From: Pseudomonadota bacterium
GTDB lineage: Bacteria > Bdellovibrionota_B > Oligoflexia > Oligoflexales > CAIMVM01
Assembly: GCA_037142195.1 (NCBI GenBank)
Contig: JBAXBA010000037.1
Coordinates: 1-32,171, forward strand
Reading direction: 5' to 3'
Length of the DNA stretch: 32,171 nt
Position numbers and translations under genes: made by a program. This document shows, piece after piece, positions 25,587-32,171 of this stretch; position 1 is the stretch's first letter, and each line of letters opens with the position of its first letter. The notes under the pieces are model-generated. The model saw only the letters and a list, made by a program, of their open reading frames with translations. It had not been told where the DNA came from and did no database searches.

Positions 25587-26615
25587 TCATTTAAACTGAA
25601 TCCGAGGATCTACCAGCGCAACTGCAAAATCAGAGAGTATATTTCCTATCAAAAACAATAGGGAGGACACCACCAAAGTGCCCATAACAACCGGGTAATC
25701 CCTTTCCACTAAAGACTCATAACCCAGAAGTCCTAAGCCATCGATGTTGAAAATCTTCTCAATTAAAAAAGAGCCCGTCAGGATCACGCTAATATTCTGA
25801 CCAAAATGGGTAGCCATAGGAATTAAACTATTGCGCACCGCATGAGAAAAAACAGCCTTCCGAAATGATACGCCTTTTGCAATGGCCGTTCTGACATAGT
25901 CTGCAGATAAGTTTTCCATAAGCGTGTTCTTCATTAAAAAAGTCATCATGGCAAAACTACCCAATACATAAGCCGTAAGGGGAAGGACCGAGTGTTCTAC
26001 GAGGTCTATAATTTTACTAAAAAAAGTGTATTCCGAAAAATCTGAAGACGTAAACCCACCCAGGGGAAACCACTCTAGGTTTGAAGCAAATACCACCAAG
26101 AGAATAATGGCTACGACGTAAGCAGGAAGGGAGTACCCAATAAAAACTAATATGGAACTGAGATAGTCAAAAAAACTGTTATGACGAATCGCCTTCCAAA
26201 TGCCGAGAGGAATGCAGATGAGATAGGTGATCAACATCGTCAAGATGCCGTAATAGGTGGAAATGGGAAGCTTTGACCAAATCAAGGCGCCTACGGGTTC
26301 GTTGTAACGAGTGGATCGCCCCAAATCCAAGGTAAGCACCTTGCCCAACCAAAGCACATAAGATTGGTACCAGGGTTTATCGAACCCATAATAAGCTTTG
26401 AGACTTGCCAACTGTTCACTGGATAGGGCCGCTCCCCCATTGGAAGCATCCATTTTGATGCCCTTGCCACCTTCAGCGCCCATAAGAGCACCGCGCATGA
26501 GCACCTGCTCCATAGGCCCGCCTGGTACAAAACGAGTTATGGCAAACACAATTAAAGTAATTCCCAAAAATGTGGGAACAATCCAAAAAAGTCTTTTTAG
26601 AATGTAACTCGTCAT
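25587..26615 (-). CDS. Peptide ABC transporter permease (YejB/OppB-like)
   Basis: YILKRL..VPGGP, YGFDKP, DYVRTAIAKG, IEKIFNIDGLGLLGYES..RDYPVV, VDPRIQF. Confidence 0.92.
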   Translation of the reverse strand: MTSYILKRLFWIVPTFLGITLIVFAITRFVPGGPMEQVLMRGALMGAEGGKGIKMDASNGGAALSSEQLASLKAYYGFDKPWYQSYVLWLGKVLTLDLGRSTRYNEPVGALIWSKLPISTYYGILTMLITYLICIPLGIWKAIRHNSFFDYLSSILVFIGYSLPAYVVAIILLVVFASNLEWFPLGGFTSSDFSEYTFFSKIIDLVEHSVLPLTAYVLGSFAMMTFLMKNTLMENLSADYVRTAIAKGVSFRKAVFSHAVRNSLIPMATHFGQNISVILTGSFLIEKIFNIDGLGLLGYESLVERDYPVVMGTLVVSSLLFLIGNILSDFAVALVDPRIQFK

Positions 26616-26744
26616 TCACCAACCAAAGGTTATGATATCTTGCCTTTTAAGTTACATGATGAATCGATTTTTAGCAAAGTATTTTAAGGGAGAACCTCTT
26701 GTTTTGACTAGACACTTCTATGATTTTGAGCCATTGTTCTCCTC

Positions 26745-27818
26745 ATGACACAAAGAAAAACACTAACCCAGCTTTGGCTTGTATCACTTTATAGAGGTGT
26801 GGTTTCTAATGTCTGGAACTATTTGACTCTAGCGCTTTGCTCCGGTGTCTTGATGGCCCTCTTTTTTTACGTTTTCAATGACCTTCTGACCAAACAACTT
26901 ACGGGCCTTCCGCAATTGGAAGCTCTCTCTCTTGCCTTTGGATGGATTGGGGGCTCCCTTGCACAGTTTAGACTGCTCTATATTTCTGGGCAGCCCCATG
27001 AACTTTCTCGATTTGGCCAATTTATAAATGGTGATCCAGGCGAAATCAGCAACTTGAATAGCTCTCGTACGCTTTTATGGCGGATACTCGGCCCTGGAAT
27101 CGTATGGGCTGTTATTTCTACACTCCCCTACTGGAATTTCTACAAAGTTGCAGCACTTTTTTTCTTTAATATAGCTCTCTTTATAGGAACGAAAGGGACC
27201 ACGAGACTTCAGTCATGGCTTCCCAGGCTTTCACCTAAATTCCTGGCTCCGTTTTCTCCGATACTACGTTGGCGATTGGTCAGATTATTTATTTATAACG
27301 AATCCTGCCGCATTCTTTTACTCATGGCCTTAGGATTCCAGTGTTTGATGGTTTTCAGAAACTCGGCTTCTTTGGGCTTTCTTTGGCTTTTAGCGTTGCT
27401 TTCTGGAATTCTTACCGGGGTCGCTCATATTTTAGTTGCTGCCGAAGACCTTAAATCGTCTTGGCTTGAAAAAAATGCAGGACTTAGTCATGAATCCTTC
27501 ATTAAGACTCAGATATCCCTTAGCATGCTACTGGCCATTCTTCTATTTCTGCCGTCACTTCTCCTGGGAGTCGTTTCTGATCTTCCCTTAAGTCAAAGGC
27601 TTTCTTTGATGCTTACGGGCCCTGCAGTTTCGGCGATGGTGCCAGGAATCATTTTACAAATTGATGGCAGAAGACCTGAGATTTCAGCGGTTGTTCTTGT
27701 TCTTTTAGGTTTATTTGTCGGAACAGCTATTTTAGCGCATCCTTTGAGCTTTCTGCTTACGATTCTCGTTGTAAGCTACGGGGTCTCTAGCCAAAGCGAT
27801 CGTTACTATAAACAATGA
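26745..27818 (+). CDS. Multi-pass membrane protein, probable ABC exporter permease
   Basis: Many hydrophobic segments; 4 bp upstream of an ABC ATPase gene. Confidence 0.7.
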   Translation: MTQRKTLTQLWLVSLYRGVVSNVWNYLTLALCSGVLMALFFYVFNDLLTKQLTGLPQLEALSLAFGWIGGSLAQFRLLYISGQPHELSRFGQFINGDPGEISNLNSSRTLLWRILGPGIVWAVISTLPYWNFYKVAALFFFNIALFIGTKGTTRLQSWLPRLSPKFLAPFSPILRWRLVRLFIYNESCRILLLMALGFQCLMVFRNSASLGFLWLLALLSGILTGVAHILVAAEDLKSSWLEKNAGLSHESFIKTQISLSMLLAILLFLPSLLLGVVSDLPLSQRLSLMLTGPAVSAMVPGIILQIDGRRPEISAVVLVLLGLFVGTAILAHPLSFLLTILVVSYGVSSQSDRYYKQ

Positions 27819-27822
27819 GGTT

Positions 27823-28521
27823 ATGATGAAACTTGATGTGTGTGGCGTCCAAAAAAACTACAATCGCTTTACACTTGGCCCCATTGGACTTCAGATTCAG
27901 GCAGGGGAAACGGTTGCTCTACTTGGGCCCAACGGCGCAGGAAAGTCGACCTTATTTCAAATATTAACTTCCAATATCAGACCCGATGCTGGAACTATCA
28001 AGCTCAATGATCATCTGATATCTCCCGAAAATTTCAACTCCCGACGCTTGATTGCCTATCAATCCCAAAGTAATGAACTCCCTCGCTGGGTAAGTGCCTT
28101 AGAGGCGCTGCAGTATGTAGCTTTTTTGCACCAAAAGGACGAAAGCCTCATCAACACCTTTGTAGATGCTTTTGATTTGAAGGCGTTTCTAAACAAACCC
28201 TTACATGGATGTTCTTACGGCATGCTCAAACGAGTAGGGCTAGCCATCGCTTTTTTGCAACAATCGCCTTTTTTAATCCTAGACGAGCCTTTTAGCGGAC
28301 TTGATTTGTATCATGTTAAGTCCCTGGAAAAAGCCCTGATTGAAAGACAATCCCAGGGGCTTTCCACTCTTATTTCCACCCATGACTTTGCCTTTGTTTC
28401 CAAGCATGCCCAAAGATGTCTTTTTATAGAAAAAGGTCAAATCGATGAAGCCCAAAACTGGCAGCAATTAGATCCGTTAAAGAGACTAGATCTCATTGAA
28501 ACGAGGTTTTTTCACACATGA
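27823..28521 (+). CDS. ABC transporter ATP-binding protein (ABC-2/CcmA-like)
   Basis: GPNGAGKST, signature-like CSYGMLKR, LILDEPFSGLD, STH. Confidence 0.9.
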   Translation: MMKLDVCGVQKNYNRFTLGPIGLQIQAGETVALLGPNGAGKSTLFQILTSNIRPDAGTIKLNDHLISPENFNSRRLIAYQSQSNELPRWVSALEALQYVAFLHQKDESLINTFVDAFDLKAFLNKPLHGCSYGMLKRVGLAIAFLQQSPFLILDEPFSGLDLYHVKSLEKALIERQSQGLSTLISTHDFAFVSKHAQRCLFIEKGQIDEAQNWQQLDPLKRLDLIETRFFHT

Positions 28522-30137
28522 GCTCTCTTACAAATATACTCTCTGTGCATCTAAGACCCCTATGGAAATCATATATCTATGCGATATTTTTTATCGTTAT
28601 AACTGCTTGGATTGCCGTCAAAATCCCTGAATTAGTTTCCCGCGCCGTGAATGGCCATTTAGATGCCACCTACACCATTCCCCTATCAGTTATGGTTTTA
28701 GGCTTTATTCAGATTGTTGTAAGGACGTGTTCCAGGCTATTCGTCTTTAATCCCGCTAGAGAAATGGAAGAAGGCCTCAAAAATCAAATTTTTTCGAAGC
28801 TTATGCGTGCCACCCTGCCTTGGCTTCAGACGAGGCAAACCGGTGACTTACAATCTTTAATCAACAGTGATACGGGGCATCTGCGTGTCTTTATTGGACT
28901 TGGCGGCCTTCAAGTCGCAAGCTTTTTGACCTTGGCTGTTTTTGCCATTTCAAAAATGATTACGATCCATGCCACCCTTACCTTCGTAACTCTACTTCCG
29001 CTATTGCTAGCTGTTCCTTTGCTTCGACTTGGAATGCCAAAAGTCATGAAACTCAATGTGGAACAAACTAAACTTCTTGGGTCTCTCACCTCAAGAATTA
29101 CAGAAGCCTTTGTAAATGTTCATATGATTCAATCGACGGCTAGTGAGTCTTCTTTTATTGGCCGCATCGCTGAGCGCAGTGACGAGCTCCGCATCTTAAA
29201 TATGCGCCTACTTAGAATTCGACTTCTTATTTTCCCTGTCCTGCCTTTGCTCACGGGGGTTTCTTCATTTCTTGTTTTTTTGTATGGGGGCTATGAAGCC
29301 ATATCAGGTCGGCTCACCGCTGGTGATATCATTGCTTTTACCAGCTATGTGACTCTTTTAGCATTTCCATTGGGAATCATAGGCATGGTGCTAGCCATGT
29401 GGCAGCGGGCTGAAGCTGCGTCAAAACGCATCGAGGTAGCCCTTCTTGCGGAATCCGAGAAGGATTCTGGTGCGGAATTAAAAGATATTGCCCCGAGTCT
29501 TGAAATTAGAAACTTGGATTTTAGGTTTAGTGAAGAACACAAATTACTCACTGGTGTTTCTTTCCGTGTTGATTCCGGGGAAGTTTTAGGAATTGCCGGT
29601 CCTATTGGAGCAGGTAAGACGACCCTTTTAAATCTCACCTCCTCGCTGATTCAGCCCCCTCCGAATACCATCTTTGTGGGTGGGTTTGACGTTACCCAAT
29701 GGAATGCCGCCCAGCTAAGACGCATGGTAGGACTCGTTCCTCAAACACCCCAGCTCTTTAGTGTGAGCATCCGCGAGAACTTGACAGCCGGTCTTAATCC
29801 CGAAGAAAGTGACATTTGGAAGGCCTTAGATCTCGCCTGCATTAGGCAAGACATCGAAGCTCTCCCTGAGGGGCTTGAGACTCCTATAGGAGAGCGAGGA
29901 ATTCGGCTTTCCGGAGGCCAAAAACAGCGCCTAGCGCTGGCCAGGCAGCTGCTTCGCGAGACTCCCATTCTTTTACTAGATGATGTCATAAGTGCCGTAG
30001 ATCAAATTACTGAAGAGCGCATTTTAGCCGGCCTTCGAGCTACGAAGCGTGCTGTTGTTTTGGTGACCCATAGGGAAAGCGCCTTGTTGAATTGTGATCG
30101 GGTTTTGAGACTTGGAGGCGCCCATGAAATTGCTTAA
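28518..30137 (+). CDS. ABC exporter fused permease/ATPase, MdlA/YheI-like half
   Basis: N-terminal TMD, GPIGAGKTT, LSGGQKQR, degenerate Walker B LLLDD; ATGA overlap with the upstream gene. Confidence 0.9.
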   Translation: MSSLTNILSVHLRPLWKSYIYAIFFIVITAWIAVKIPELVSRAVNGHLDATYTIPLSVMVLGFIQIVVRTCSRLFVFNPAREMEEGLKNQIFSKLMRATLPWLQTRQTGDLQSLINSDTGHLRVFIGLGGLQVASFLTLAVFAISKMITIHATLTFVTLLPLLLAVPLLRLGMPKVMKLNVEQTKLLGSLTSRITEAFVNVHMIQSTASESSFIGRIAERSDELRILNMRLLRIRLLIFPVLPLLTGVSSFLVFLYGGYEAISGRLTAGDIIAFTSYVTLLAFPLGIIGMVLAMWQRAEAASKRIEVALLAESEKDSGAELKDIAPSLEIRNLDFRFSEEHKLLTGVSFRVDSGEVLGIAGPIGAGKTTLLNLTSSLIQPPPNTIFVGGFDVTQWNAAQLRRMVGLVPQTPQLFSVSIRENLTAGLNPEESDIWKALDLACIRQDIEALPEGLETPIGERGIRLSGGQKQRLALARQLLRETPILLLDDVISAVDQITEERILAGLRATKRAVVLVTHRESALLNCDRVLRLGGAHEIA

Positions 30138-31845
30138 GGATTTAAAGCTTTTTAAATTGATTTGGCCATACGCCAAGGCCCACCCCATTCCCTTTGCAGC
30201 AAGCTTTCTGACCATGCCTTTGCTCACCCTCATTCAAGCTAGTCAGCCTATCTTTATTCAAAAGATCGTCGACTTGGGTATCATTGCTAAAAACGAGGCT
30301 CATCTTCTTCAATACGCTTTCATTTTTTTAGGCCTGATCCTTGCCGAGTACCTCTGCAAATTTTTGCAGTCCTTTAGCTCCAACATTTTTGTTCAAAAAA
30401 TGATTCATGCCCTTCGTCTGGATTTTTCGGCACATGTCTTAGGTCAGAAAGCCGCCTGGCATGATAAAAACCTAAGTGGAGCTTTGGTATCTCGAGCTAC
30501 AAGTGATCTAGACAATTTGTCAGAGGCCATCGGTACAGGACTCTTAAGCAGTCTCCTCGATCTTTTTTCCTTGGCGGGCGCTGTATTTGCCATGTGGCAT
30601 TTAGCCCCTAACTTAGCAGTACTGGTGTGCTTTATGTTACCGCTATGCTTACTTTCGGTTAAGTTTTTCTCGCGCAAGATAAAGTTTCACATAGACCACT
30701 CTCGAAAAGCTACTGCTCAGCTCAGTGCATGGACCCAAGAGTCTCTTTATGGAGTTCCCTCCATTAAATCACTTTCTGCTGAACCTTGGGCCGAAAAAAG
30801 ATACCAAGGGTTCAACAGAGACTTCAAGCTCTCCCAAATGAAATATGTTTTCTTTGACGCCTCGTTATTTTCTGTATTAGAAGGTTTTTCCGCCATGACC
30901 CTTGGACTGATCCTTTGGCGAGCCACAGGAAATTCCGATGTCATAACGGTTGGTGTTTTGGTGGCATTTGTAAAACTTTCCAGCCAAGTCTTTGACCCCC
31001 TTAAACAGCTTGGTCAAACCATGTCGATGCTTCAAGGCGTATTTAGCTCCCTCGAGAGAATCAAATCTATTTTGGATGTAAATGAAAAAATTATCGGCAC
31101 TCAAAAAACAGAAAGCGACGGCATTGAAGTAAAAAATCTCAGTTTCTCCTATGGAATCGATCAAAAAAATGTTTTGAGTGACCTAAGTTTTTCCATCCGA
31201 AAGGGTCAAAGTCTAGCCCTTATAGGGAAAACGGGCAGCGGGAAGTCCTCCATCGCTAAAGTCTTGATAAGACTTTATGACAACTACAAAGGCTCCATTA
31301 AAATGGGCGGAGTCGAGCTTTCCAGCATAGAACCTGCCCATCTTCGCCAAAAAATAGTAAGTATCCCTCAAGATGTCGCTATTTTTGCAGGGACCTTGTT
31401 TTTTAATATTTCTCTAGGTCGAACTCAAATCAGTCAGAAACTCGCCCGAGATGTTTTTATAAGATTGGGCGGTCAGCAGGTTTTAAATAAATTAGAAGAC
31501 GGCATGAACAGTCAGCTTTCCGAAGGCGGCACGAACCTAAGCCAAGGGGAAAAGCAGCTCATTGCCTTTGCTCGCGCTTTGGTGCTAGAGCCAAGCCTCG
31601 TCATACTAGACGAAGCGACAGCCGCGATCGATCAGGAGTCGGAAATCGTAATTCAAAATGCCATCGATGTCCTTCTCAAATACACCACAACGATCATTAT
31701 TGCCCATAGACTTTCTACCATCGAGCATTGTGACCAAATTTTAGTACTAGATCAGGGTAATATTGTGGAAATAGGCACCCATGCCTCGCTACTCGCCAAT
31801 CAAGGGCCCTACTTCCGCCAATGGACGCGCCACCTGGACAACTAA
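30124..31845 (+). CDS. ABC exporter fused permease/ATPase, MdlB/YheH-like half (start re-called to MKLLKD)
   Basis: TMD, GKTGSGKSS, degenerate signature LSQGEKQ, ILDEAT, IAHRLST; GGAGG RBS before 30124. Confidence 0.9.
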   Translation: MKLLKDLKLFKLIWPYAKAHPIPFAASFLTMPLLTLIQASQPIFIQKIVDLGIIAKNEAHLLQYAFIFLGLILAEYLCKFLQSFSSNIFVQKMIHALRLDFSAHVLGQKAAWHDKNLSGALVSRATSDLDNLSEAIGTGLLSSLLDLFSLAGAVFAMWHLAPNLAVLVCFMLPLCLLSVKFFSRKIKFHIDHSRKATAQLSAWTQESLYGVPSIKSLSAEPWAEKRYQGFNRDFKLSQMKYVFFDASLFSVLEGFSAMTLGLILWRATGNSDVITVGVLVAFVKLSSQVFDPLKQLGQTMSMLQGVFSSLERIKSILDVNEKIIGTQKTESDGIEVKNLSFSYGIDQKNVLSDLSFSIRKGQSLALIGKTGSGKSSIAKVLIRLYDNYKGSIKMGGVELSSIEPAHLRQKIVSIPQDVAIFAGTLFFNISLGRTQISQKLARDVFIRLGGQQVLNKLEDGMNSQLSEGGTNLSQGEKQLIAFARALVLEPSLVILDEATAAIDQESEIVIQNAIDVLLKYTTTIIIAHRLSTIEHCDQILVLDQGNIVEIGTHASLLANQGPYFRQWTRHLDN

Positions 31846-32108
31846 ATAGCCCACATGGCTTCTCCTGCAAGCTGTCAGCAGCTGATTTGCGGAAATTTTC
31901 TCCTAGAGCCCATACCTCCTTACAAACCTCTCGTGTTTAGAATCAAGAAAGGGGCCTGCCAAAATGGGCGTCATGTCGCGAAAACCTATGCCCATCAATT
32001 GATTAGAAGACACGAGCATACGCCTATCCACACAACCTGTGGAAAACCGCTAAAAAGAGAAGTCTCGACTGGGTGAAAACCATCACGAGGCGAAACCTCG
32101 ACTAAGGA

Positions 32109-32171
32109 AAGAAGGGAAGAAGGGAAGAAGGGAAGAAGGGAAGAAGGGAAGAAGGGAAGAAGGGAAGAAGG
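32109..32171. repeat. 8-bp all-purine tandem repeat AAGAAGGG, about 8 copies, truncated by the window end
   Basis: Direct reading: seven complete AAGAAGGG units plus AAGAAGG. Confidence 0.97.

Noticed and set aside
31855..32076. 73-aa ORF after the MdlB-like gene
   Set aside because: No RBS or recognisable motif; cannot be supported from sequence alone
1..32171. Terminal repeats as telomeres of a linear element
   Set aside because: The two end arrays are unrelated in sequence and the content is chromosomal housekeeping; assembly breaks at repeats are the simpler explanation

Overview
Bacterial chromosomal segment (no phage, IS, integrase, CRISPR, rRNA or tRNA signal seen). The gene mix suggests a Bdellovibrionota/Oligoflexia-like or other deltaproteobacteria-like organism; this is inference only. 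Housekeeping genes: panE, rpoZ, trpS, a gamma-carbonic-anhydrase-family gene, a folB-pdxA-uvrA operon, folK, acetoacetate-CoA ligase, a Yej/Opp-type peptide ABC importer and an ABC exporter cluster with an MdlAB/TM287-288-type heterodimer. Between them lie many unannotated or atypical genes: a tandem pair of diverged 129-aa paralogues upstream of panE, a TPR plus beta-barrel operon, a STAS/zinc-ribbon protein, a Glu-substituted receiver-TPR protein, an ImmA/IrrE-like protein lacking its catalytic Glu divergent from a PilZ gene, and a Lys-rich histone-H1-like protein. The clearest non-coding signal is a set of short tandem arrays with unrelated units (13, 14, 10 and 8 bp) near gene 3' ends, two of which run off the window edges. 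I cannot demonstrate a complete novel system; the best leads are the paralogue pair, these arrays and the degenerate signalling proteins.
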